This document shows positions 22,675 to 50,727 of a DNA stretch of 64,000 bases, piece after piece. This DNA is from Macrostomum lignano. Its lineage: Eukaryota. The stretch lies in contig NIVC01003528.1 of the NCBI GenBank assembly GCA_002269645.1, positions 28,777-92,776 on the forward strand, written 5' to 3'. The notes under the pieces are model-generated. The model was not told the origin of the DNA, did not search any database, and saw only the letters and a list, made by a program, of their open reading frames with translations. Position numbers and translations under genes: made by a program. How positions within the stretch are numbered: position 1 is the stretch's first letter; the number at the start of each line of letters is the position of its first letter.

Positions 22675-23493
22675 ATGAACTCATTTTTGAGAAGCGGAGC
22701 GTCCGTGCGGTCTGCACTACTACTATTAGTAGTTGCACTGGCAGCTCCACTGGCCGCTTCTGCCTCTTCCTGCAGGGCCGCTGATGTCGAGTTCAAAGGC
22801 GAGGAGTTGCCTTTCGGAAGACTGATGGCTGGCAGTGCTGCGGAGTGCCAGCTCAAATGCCGGTCAATCAGCCGCTGCAAGTTCTACACTTTTACACCTG
22901 ACAAAGAGCGGTCGAGTTGGAGTTTGTGCTCGATCAGGTCCGGCGACTACACGGCTACTTACAAGAAGAATTCGATCTCGGGACTACCGAATTGTCCTGG
23001 CACCTGCATTGAGGCTGGCGTGGACTACTACGGCTCTGACCTGCCGGACGGTCTCGTGAAGGACGTGCCCAGTTCTGACGTCTGCCAGAAGCTGTGCCAG
23101 CAGCGGAGCGACTGCGAATTCTTTGCTTACGCCACACAAAGCGACTCGAACTGCCGGCGCTGCTACCGCAACTGCTGGCTGAAGTCTGGCGGCTACAGCC
23201 GCACTGAGAACAGAAACCGGATCTCTGGACCAGCCCGCTGCAAGGACTGCGTTGAGACTGGCGTGGACTACTATGGCTCTGACTTGCCCGACGGTCTCGT
23301 GAAGGACATCGCCAGCGCCAAGGACTGCCAGTCGCTGTGCGCCAATCGCAAGGACTGCGAGTTCTTCGCCTGGGCTCCCGACAATGACAAGGGGTGCCAA
23401 ACCTGCAGGGGCAACTGCTGGCTGAAGTCTGGCAACTACCGACGGGTCGTCAATTCCAACAGAGTCTCCGGGCCCGCCGTTTGCAACTTTTGA
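22675..23493 (+). CDS. Secreted triple PAN/apple-domain protein, copy 2 (272 aa, intronless)
   Basis: The mature region is nearly identical to 16922-17761 but the signal peptide differs (MNSFLRSGASVRSALLLLVVALAAPLAASA). Confidence 0.9.
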   Translation: MNSFLRSGASVRSALLLLVVALAAPLAASASSCRAADVEFKGEELPFGRLMAGSAAECQLKCRSISRCKFYTFTPDKERSSWSLCSIRSGDYTATYKKNSISGLPNCPGTCIEAGVDYYGSDLPDGLVKDVPSSDVCQKLCQQRSDCEFFAYATQSDSNCRRCYRNCWLKSGGYSRTENRNRISGPARCKDCVETGVDYYGSDLPDGLVKDIASAKDCQSLCANRKDCEFFAWAPDNDKGCQTCRGNCWLKSGNYRRVVNSNRVSGPAVCNF

Positions 23494-23807
23494 CCTTTTG
23501 ACCTTTTGATCTTTTGACCTGAGACGCGGACATTGTCTGCGAGTTTTACCAAGCCGCTCAATAGGCCTTTACCTGTTTTAACCAAGTCAAATATTTAGTC
23601 AGCCTTTAAATACAACCGCTGTTTTAAAAAAATACTTTGATTTATCAAGTATACACTCGACTTGGCTGTGTCGAAATTTGCTACAATTTAACCGCCAAAT
23701 GTCCTCAGTGTTTGTTTTCTTCTAGGCAAAATCCAGTTGTCTTGACTTCCTAGCCCTGTGTGATTGTCAACTCTTAATGAACACAAAATTGCGCAGCAAT
23801 CTGTAAT

Positions 23808-24715
23808 CTGCTTGCTATCTGGGGGATGCTTGCTATCTGGGGGATGCTTGCTATTTGGGGGATGCTTGCTATTTGGGGGATGCTTGCTATCTGGGGGATG
23901 CTTGCTATCTGGGGGATGCTTGCTATCTGGGGGAATGCTTGCTATCTGGGGGACGCTTGCTATCTGGGGGATGCTTGCTATCTGGGGGAATGCTTGCTAT
24001 CTGGGGGATGCTTGCTATCTGGGGGATGCTTGCTATCTGGGGGATGCTTGCTATCTGGGGATGCTTGCTATCTGGGGGAATGCTTGCTATCTGGGGGATG
24101 CTTGCTATCTGGGGGATGCTTGCTATCTGGGGGATGCTTGCTATCTGGGGGATGCTTGCTATCTGGGGGATGCTTGCTATCTGGGGGATGCTTGCTATCT
24201 GGGGGATGCTATCTCAGAGATGCTTGCTATCTGGGGGATGCTTGCTATCTGAGGGATGCTTGCTATCTGGGGGATGCTTGCTATCTGGGGGATGCTTGCT
24301 ATCTGGGGGATGCTTGCTATTTGGGGGATGCTTGCTATTTGGGGGAATGCTTGCTATCTGGGGGATGCTTGCTATCTGGGGGATGCTTGCTATCTGGGGG
24401 ATGCTTGCTATCTGGGGGAATGCTTGCTATTTGGGGGATGCTTGCCATCTGGGGGATGCTTGCTATCTGGGGGATGCTTGCTATCTGGGGGATGCTTGCT
24501 ATCTGGGGGAATGCTTGCTATCTGGGGGATGCTTGCTATCTGGGGGATGCTTGCTATCTGGGGGAATGCTTGCTATCTGGGGGAATGCTTGCTATCTGGG
24601 GATGCTTGCTATCTGGGGGATGCTTGCTATCTGGGGGAATGCTTGCTATCTGGGGGATGCTTGCTATCTGGGGGAATGCTTGCTATCTGGGGGAATGCTT
24701 GCTATCTGGGGATGC
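23808..24715. repeat. 18-bp minisatellite GGGGGATGCTTGCTATCT
   Basis: About 50 near-perfect tandem copies, intergenic. Confidence 0.97.
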
Positions 24716-25062
24716 AGCTTGCTAACCCCTAGGCCTTAGGCTTTAAACCTTAAACCTTTCTGCAGCCCATGATATTTATCTCTAAGCAACGGTTTTAAAT
24801 TTTAGTTTGACTCTAACAACTCTCAGTGTGCGTTTCTATTTGTGCAATTCCTATTGGCTGGCTCTCACTACTCAGCTTCTACCTCAATAGGGCAAAGTGC
24901 GACTGCATTAGAGAGGGAAACCTATAGGGGATAGAGATCAGCTCGCTGAGACTTTATAAATCCCAATACTTTCTGTCAAGTCAGCTCCTAGCTTAAACAC
25001 TTAGCTTAAACTTCTTGATAAATAAATACTTACTTCCATTGAGTAGCTTATTAAAACAACTG

Positions 25063-28000
25063 ATGCCGATAAAGTTTGGCTCGGAGAGGTCAGGTTTGGA
25101 CGGCCGGTCAAAGTCTGAGCTGTCCATGGTACAGCAGCAGCAGCAGCAAAGAGCGACTCGGACAGCTGTTGGCAGCCGGGATTCTCTGCAGTTTCTTCGC
25201 CATGCTGATGAAGAATCTACGGATTCTGGATGGAGCTTGCAGATGTGGCGCAGACGGTATTTGGTAAGACTGAAAGGTCGGGGGTTCGATTCTCGACTCC
25301 ACTCGGACATTATTTGTGTCCTTGAGCAACAGACTTAACCCTGCATTGCTTCAGTTCACCCAGCTGTAAAATGGGTGCCAGCATTAGCTGGGTTATTGAG
25401 GGTGTGTGTGGGGACCCCCAGCCGTACGCAGCCTTCAGATGCGCCGGGCAACGGCCCGGAGTCCATGCATCAACACGAGTGGACGGCTGCACCAGAATCC
25501 TAGATTTATCTTGTAACCGTAGCTTCTTCAGTGTTTATTGAGTATTATCAACTCAGATTTGGAATGGAAGTGATAAAAATCGGTTCCAAGGATAGAATAT
25601 TCACACCGGATTCTGGTCTGAGGTCTCCATGGCTCTATTGACACCTAGTCTCTCTGAAAAGATTAAAACTAAACAATGGAATTCCGCTGGAAGAACGGAT
25701 GGAGCCGGTATTTAATCAGCGATGAGAACAATAGATTGAGACTGCTTTTCATTTTTTCACGGTAGTCATAGCAACACCAGACTGTGCTTTTGTAGTCAGC
25801 ACACTGCAGCTAGCTGGATTTGCTATGAATTTCATTTTAAAGCCTTTTAAAGCTCGCTTTATTGTTCGCGTTTTTGTGCTCAACAATACTGGGTTTTTTC
25901 TAGTCGGCAGCTACAGAATACATGCAGGTTAGATGCAGATTCATTCTCTCTGCTCAGGATTCATGGCGTTCTTAGGATCATTTCAATAAAAGTACATTTC
26001 GTGCTGCAACGAATGCCGCTCCGATTTGATGTGGTTTGTCCGTTTGTTTCTGAGGCATTTTTTGTCCGTTTGTGTCTGACGCATTTGTCTGTTTGAGTCT
26101 AAGGCATTTGTCTGTTTGCGTCTGAGGCATTTGTCCGTTTGTGTCTGAGGCATTTGTCCGTTTGTGTCTGAGGCATTTGTCTGTTTGTGTCTGAGGCATT
26201 TGTCTGTTTGTGTCTGAGGCATTTGTCTGTTTGTGTCTGAGGCATTTGTCCGTTTGTGTCTGACGCATTTGTCTGTTTGTGTCTGAGGCATTTGTCTGTT
26301 TGTGTCTGAGGCATTTGTCTGTTTGTGTCTGAGGCATTTGTCCGTTTGTGTCTGACGCATTTGTCTGTTTGTGTCTGAGGCATTTGTCTGTTTGTGTCTG
26401 AGGCATTTGTCTGTTTGTGTCTGAGGCATTTGTCTGTTTGTTTCTGAGGCATTCGTGTGTTTGTGTCTGAGGCATTTGTCTGTTTGTTTCTGAGGCATTC
26501 GTGTGTTTGTGTCTGACGCATTTGTCTGTTTGTGTCTGAAGGATTTGTCTGTTTGTATCTGAAGGATTCGTCTGGGTGTCTGTACATATTTGCATACCCC
26601 ATCCAGAGCAATCAATTATTTTCAAGCCATAGGCCTCACTATACTGTATGAATGGCTGTCAAAGCTAACTGCGTATAATAGTGATGGCCGCAGTATATCC
26701 CGCCGTATGTTTGCAAAATAATAAGGAAGTAGAGGAAATCAGCTTCCTCTTTTGTTGCTTCAGCAATTGTGCGGTCTGCTAGTCTAGTTGGTGCCTCAAT
26801 TTTCCCTATACAATCAGCGATTCACAGGAGGCAGAGCGAGTCAGAATAGCCGCGAGTCCCAGTGATCAGCCCATGAGCACTTTCTCATTGCGACAGGCTG
26901 CTTGAGAACCGGGGGCATGCAGTGCAGCTGGTGGCAATCTGCAGCTCTCTCGCCTTGTTCCTTGTTTTGGGGAAGCTTAAGGCACAGCGAACTGCTTTAA
27001 TTTTCTGTCACTAAAGTACATGTATAGTGCGAGACTTACAAAACCAGTATGGCGTTACATTTCGCTTTGTATACTACTGGATCGTTTGTACAATTGCTCA
27101 AGGGTTTCATGGCTATGACTATAGTTATCTTTTTTCCTTCCAACCGTTTCCATCGAATTGCAGGCGCTGAAACGGTTTCAGGGCCTGGTCAGGTCTGTTG
27201 TGATGGCCATTCGGTGGATGAAGTCCGTGATCAATCAGTGAGCTGCTGGGATGGAGGAAATTTCAAGTTCCAGACTCCTCATCCCTCCCAGATCCTCATT
27301 TGGCGAACCAGCCTCTCAGATCCTCAGTTGCTGGGCCAGCCTCCCAGATCCTCAGTTGCTGGTCAGTCTCCCAGATCCTCAGTTGCTGGGTCAGTCTCCC
27401 AGAGTGTCAGTTGCTGGGCCAGCCTCCCAGATCATCAGTTGCTGGGCCAGCCTCCCAGAGTGTCAGTTGCTGGGCCAGCCTCCAAGATCCTCAGTTGCTG
27501 GGCCAGCCTCCCAGATCATCAGTTGCTGGGCCAGCCTCCCAGAGTGTCAGTTGCTGGGCCAGCCTCCCAGATCATCAGTTGCTGGGCCAGCCTCCCAGAT
27601 CATCAGTTGCTGGGACAGCCTCCCAGATCCTCAGTTCATGGGCCAGCCTCCAAGATCCTCAAGTTGTTGGGTCAGTCTCCCAGATCCTCAGTTGCTGGGC
27701 CAGCCTCACAGAGTGTCAGTTGCTGGGCCAGCCTCCCAAATCCTCAGTTGCTGGGCCAGCCTCCCAGATCCTCAGTTCATGGACCAGCCTCCCAGATCCT
27801 CAGATGAGGCTAGGCCACTGCCCCTCTCCCAGCTGTTCAGGGAAGATTAGACCCAAAAACCCATTCAACTCGCGTTGCTATGGCTTGCAGTCCTTGCATT
27901 TCACTGCGCCGCAGATACGACCAATCGAACAACCGGGTAGCTCGAGCTCTGATGCCAATCGAAGTGGACGCCTCGAATGCCGCCAATTTGGTCTTCAATA

Positions 28001-30844
28001 TGTCTCACTTTCGGGCTAGCAAAGAGGTATAATTCTTTTAGATTCTCTTTTTACTACTGAGAGTAGTGCAGTTAAAGTGTTGAATTCCAATTTTGTTACA
28101 ATTTCTATAGTGTTGTGGCTTTTCAAAGCTTAGTAACGAATCGATTTAAATACATGTTCGTTGGAGCCATAATTTCGGAAAATATGGAAAATGTACTTTT
28201 TTAGTCTGAAAATGACTTGACTTGGAGATGTCAGAAGCAAGTTTAAGCAGCAGTTCAATGAGTCAGTAAAGCTTGCTATTCATATAGAGACCTTCTCTCC
28301 TAGATAGAAGCAAGATGCGCAGCAGAATTTTAGCATGGCTGCAATTTGCAACTCGCAAAACGGAAGTTCACCGCACAGCGCAGCACACACAACAGCAAGA
28401 AGGGAAGATGGCGCTATTGTAAAAGCAACTTGAAGCAGGGGCAGCACAGAGGATGCGGTCCCATAGAGACGAGCGCGCGGCTGCCAACTTAAAAATCAGA
28501 ATTTCTGTCTGCCACTCCGCAGACAGAGCTCAACGCTGAGTTGAAGCAGATTCTGCAGCTACAGCCACAGCAGCGCAGCACTGAGCAGGTTCGCATCCTC
28601 ACCAGGGGTCTGCAACGGCTGCCGACATTCAACGAGTATCCAGTTCGAGTGCAGGAGAAACTGGCCAAAGTGGCCAGATACCACACTGTGCCAGCTGGGC
28701 GAGTCATCATCCGACAGGGCCACGCCGGCGTCAACTTCTACGTGATCATCAGCGGTCGTGCCCTGGTGCACGTGATGCAACAGCAGAGGGATACCATTGT
28801 GGCCAGGCTGGGCCAGGGCCAAGCCTTCGGAGAGGTGGCCCTGATGCAGGAGGTGACGAGAAACGCTAGCATAGTCAGCCAGGAGCCGATGCAACTGTTA
28901 GCTATCGGTCGAGACGAGTTTCAGGTAATTCCTTTGTTTAGCTGTCTTCCTTTGAATTTTTCGTCAGCTGAACCGTCTTTACACTTCAAGCCAATCGAAA
29001 ACTTGACATGCAGGGAGCAAAAACGACTAGAAGTAGTGCACCAAAAATAGCACACCAAAATATGCCTGTCATACTACTATATGTCAAGATCGCAAGGCTG
29101 AAATACTCGATCTTTTACTTACGAGCTATTAGCAATCCTTGCCGCTGAAGACGGACGGTCAAATAAAACAAATCCGACATATTTTTGTGTGGCAGGAAAT
29201 TTTCACCAATCCCGAACCGGAGAAGAAAAACCAGAGCGCTGACGCAGGCATTCCGGACCACCTGCGCTATTTGCTTAGCTGCTCATTTATGCGCCACTTT
29301 CCGGTTGAGCCGCTGCTGTCGAGTCCAACCGCCTGCAGAGCCGGCTGCTACCGGCGCAATGCGGTTGTGGTTGCTGACAGCAAAGCTTGCCCTGACCTGG
29401 TGGTGATTCGCTCCGGATTTTGCAGGGTGATGAAGCGGCTGATGGTCAACCGGAACGACAGTCCGAGGCAGCCAGACGACGCGACTTCGATGTCGAGCGG
29501 TGCTAGCGGCAGAAGCGGCGGCAGCAGCAGTTCGAGAGCATCGAAGGCGAAGGTGCTGGCGGAGACTCGACTGCCAGTGCTGCAGCCTAGTAGTGGGCCA
29601 AGCTGTAAGTAGCGGGCTGCAGACAGTCTTTAGATACAGCTATTGCGGCCATAGACTATATTAGTTTGTAGATGCAGATGCAGGCCATAGACTCTAATAT
29701 TAGTTTGTTGATTCAGTGCGGCCATAGACTATATTAGTTCGTAGATGCAGATGCAGGCCATAAACTATACTAGTTCATCGATGCAGATGGGCCATAGACT
29801 ATATTAGTTTGAAGATGCAAATGCAGGCCATAGACTGTATTAGTTTGTAGATGCAGTGCGGCCATAGACTATATTAGTTTGAAGAAGCAGGTCGGCCATA
29901 GACTATATTAGTTTGAAGAAGCAGATCGGCCATAGACTATTAGCATGTGAATAAACAACTAATATTCCTCTCCAGATGCCAAAATCGACACTGGCCGAGC
30001 CAAGCCAAAGAGTCACCAATTTAACGTTGAGAGTACCAAGAAAGGCTTCGGTTTTGAAAATATCTCCGGAGAAGGAAGCTTGGAATTCTCGTCGCTGCGG
30101 CTGTCACTTCCGCAATTGAAGCCTCAACAGCAGCAGCGGCCGCCGCCGCCGCTACCCCCGTGGCTGCAAAAACAGCGTCCCCCAGTGCCAAGACTTATCG
30201 TCACCACCGACGACGGTCGAATGGATTTCAGCGTCGACGCCAGCAATGTTGAAGAGGTGTCCGCCGCGGTGGCCGCCTCCGCGCCCGATGCTGCGCTCAC
30301 CGAACAAGACGAAGATAAGAAATGCGTTGCCGTGGAGATTTGCATCTTGAAACCCGGAGACGTGTTTGTGAGTAACAATAGTAAGAACTGTCATTTTATT
30401 GATGCAAGAGCCTATACAGACAAGTCCAACTTCAATTTCAGGGCCTTTCGGACATCATGTTCAAGGATGAGAAAATTCACGAGGTTGAGGACAGCGCAAG
30501 TGTGTCATTGGTAAGGCGGAGTAGTCAGAATGGCGAGTTCAGACTATAAGATTTACTGCTCAATACTCAAGGCACCGCAATCAAACCACAATCCGCAGGT
30601 AAGCAACGGAGCAGAGTGCGTGCTGCTCTCCAAAGCATTCTTTATCCAGCACGCCCCAGAAAGAGTCCAACGTCGAGTTCGGGCCGCTGTGCAGCCGTAC
30701 CCAAACGAACAGGTGTTCGAGCAGAACTACTACACCCAGGTGGCTTGGAATCGCTACAGACGGACCGTGTTCAAACTGGCGCTAAACCGGGCGCTTGCGG
30801 CTGGCGCCAATAGAAAAGCGGCGGCGCGAAGTAGCGTGAGGTGA
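25063..30844 (+). CDS. CNBD2: Cyclic-nucleotide-binding domain protein, CNBD2-like (~634 aa, 8 exons)
   Basis: Exons 25063-25263, 27164-27237, 27915-28026, 28523-28924, 29196-29604, 29976-30367, 30442-30510 and 30599-30844 (1905 nt, all phases compatible). The cNMP domain reads RVIIRQGHAGVNFYVIISG..GQAFGEVAL..TRNASI, and a second split domain reads LKPGDVFGLSDIMF..SLVSNGAEC. The first exon, the start codon and the symbol are less certain. Confidence 0.75.
25267..25495 (+). mobile_element. tRNA-derived SINE family A, 5'-truncated copy
   Basis: B box GGTTCGATTCTC and body shared with 31752-31940, including an identical CAGCCGTACGCAGCCTTCAGATGCGCC. Confidence 0.7.
26035..26575. repeat. 23-bp minisatellite TGTCTGAGGCATTTGTCTGTTTG
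   Basis: Tandem array in CNBD intron 1. Confidence 0.95.
27300..27800. repeat. 28-bp minisatellite CAGCCTCCCAGATCCTCAGTTGCTGGGC
   Basis: Tandem array in CNBD intron 2. Confidence 0.95.
29645..29940. repeat. Degenerate ~35-40-bp repeat GGCCATAGACTATATTAGTTTGTAGATGCAG
   Basis: About 8 copies in CNBD intron 29605-29975. Confidence 0.85.
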
Positions 30845-30861
30845 CGTCATCGATGACGTCA
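30842..30861. promoter_or_regulatory. Perfect 20-bp palindrome containing two CRE-type TGACGTCA sites, overlapping the CNBD stop codon
   Basis: TGACGTCA-TCGA-TGACGTCA. Function is not demonstrated. Confidence 0.35.
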
Positions 30862-31751
30862 TTGATTAATGGGTCGATATTGTACGGCCAGTTCTATGCT
30901 AACAAATCATATGGATCGATGATTCCCTTTTTTTAAACGGATTTGTGGCTTATCGTCAAATAAACCATAGGAGCATGTTTTGCTACATAGACCTGCTAAA
31001 TTGTGCTTAAAAATCAATTATTCAAAATTTAATAAATTAATACATTTCTTGTGTATGAGAAGACTGTATGTCGTAAATACACTCAGCAACATGTTAAAGT
31101 TTTCACCCGAAACTAACATTTCTCCGATTTCAGGTCCAAGTGACGAAATTCGTGACGGGTGATCAGCTTTAATATGTTGCTGAGTGTATATAGATGCAAG
31201 TATTAATTCAATGTATTTTTTATTTAGACATATCAGCGCATATATATAGACACATCCAATACCAGAAAAAGCAGAATTTAATAATAGACAAAATACAAAC
31301 CAAGATGTCTACAGAGCAAACTTTGATCTACTAATATCAACAAGTTCAACTGCTCCCTAAACAGTGTAATAAATTAGTTGTTTTACTGTAGATGTTTTAC
31401 ATGTAGAACGAGAGGCTGAAAGAGCCATTAAGACAAATAAGCAATTAAGCAACGATAGCATAATAATATTGTCGAACCGAAAAGGAAAGCCGAAAACCAT
31501 TAAACAGGCCAAACACCATCCGCTTATTCACAAAGTGCCGCGAAATTAAAACTCCAAAGGAACAGCAATCACCGCAATAAAGGTTCAATAGCTGACTGAT
31601 GACCTTTATTATATTAACGTATCACAAATTAAAAAGTTTGATTATTGATTTTTTTATAACGCATTGCTATATTTTAGCTACTTATATTCAGTAGTATATA
31701 GGGCTTACTTTTTCAAACAGAGGCTACTGATTCTACTCCCTATGTTTCATA

Positions 31752-31940
31752 GGGGGTTGTAGCTTAGTGTGGTTAGAGTATCGAGCTCATGACTAGAAGG
31801 TCAGGGGTTCGATTCTCGACCTGACTCGGAAACAATTTTAACCAGCTTTAGCTGGGGTAATTGGGGGTCCTTGGACTGAACAGCCGTACGCAGCCTTCAG
31901 ATGCGCCACGCAATAGCTGCGGCTGAGCTGTCGGTTGCAC
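31752..31940 (+). mobile_element. tRNA-derived SINE family A, copy with full tRNA-like head (CAT at the anticodon position)
   Basis: A box TAGCTTAGTGTGG, anticodon arm TCGAG-CTCATGA-CTAGA, B box GGTTCGATTC. The T and acceptor stems pair poorly, and the body is shared with 25267-25495. Confidence 0.7.
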
Positions 31941-32215
31941 ATCTGGCCCAATTAGGACAGGTGCAATCAATCATTATTAGCTCATATTCATTACGCTCGT
32001 ATTTTTCAACAGTTTCGGTAGTTATAGTTAAAACATAATAATAACCATTTTTACCATTAGGTTACTTATCATTAGCTACTAAGTCAGTAGTATAGTAAGT
32101 ATTGCAGTATAGAACGGATATTTCCGCCTCATTACAATCTAAATTAATTGGTGAGCGACTTAAAAAATTCCAACAGAAATCAGATAAAAACAGATTTCAA
32201 TCCGAGCCTCAGAAC

Positions 32216-49894
<17,679 letters not shown>

Positions 49895-50099
49895 ATTGGC
49901 TGATAGATTGATTTATTATTGATTTGTTTGTTATATAGCGATAGCGGATTTTAAGAAATTAAACTCGTTTCCTTTCTCTCAGAAAGGACAGAAATGATAT
50001 TTTTAGGATAGGTTGTATATGAATACTAATACTGAGATATATTATATGGTTCTTAATTAATAACATACTTTACGTAAGAGCTATATACGAGTTACAGGT

Positions 50100-50452
50100 A
50101 AGGGGGGGCGGTGTGCACCCTGGCGCACTTTAAGCAACATTGTCACACAACCGGCGAGAGGCATTACTGCCCATTCCGCCGACTCCCCTGAGCAGGCATA
50201 CAAGCGCGCGGATACGTTACGCAGGCACACACTCACACAGGAGTGTACAGCGGCCCTGACTTTATTAATCGTTAGGCATGTACACTTCACTGTGAATTGG
50301 GGGGGGGGGTTGGCCCTCAAGGCAGTTAATTGCCCTGAGCCGAGCCAAGCCGAGATTCTAATTCAGCCCCAAATTAATGTGACTGCACTTGGAATCGAGC
50401 CTGGGCCGCTGGAACATCAGAGCGCCGCGCTGGACCACTGGGCTATGGCACC
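50100..50452 (-). mobile_element. tRNA-derived SINE family B
   Basis: Minus-strand head GGTGCCATAGCCCAGTGG...GGCTCGATTCC (A and B boxes). The body is shared with 59295-59635 and a diverged fragment at ~53795-53915. Confidence 0.8.
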
Positions 50453-50727
50453 CGGCACCAGAGAGCTATATACGGCTACCTATTATTTATTATTGATGCA
50501 TATAGTGTACAAAAATACAAAACTTTCAAAACAGACTACATCAAGTTTATTTACTCAGAGAACATATGCTTTGAAGCTACTATGAGTACAGAGTAACAGC
50601 ATTTAAAATTTAATTATTGATCAAGGAGGAAAAGTTATAACGGCAAAGCCAGGCCTTCAAATGTTTGTGAACGATTTAGCCAAATTTAAATGCTAATTTT
50701 TACACAGTCAATTTCAGTCACTACATG

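Noticed and set aside
31752-31830. Functional tRNA-Met gene
   Set aside because: The T-stem and acceptor stem do not pair and a SINE body follows, so it is treated as a SINE head.
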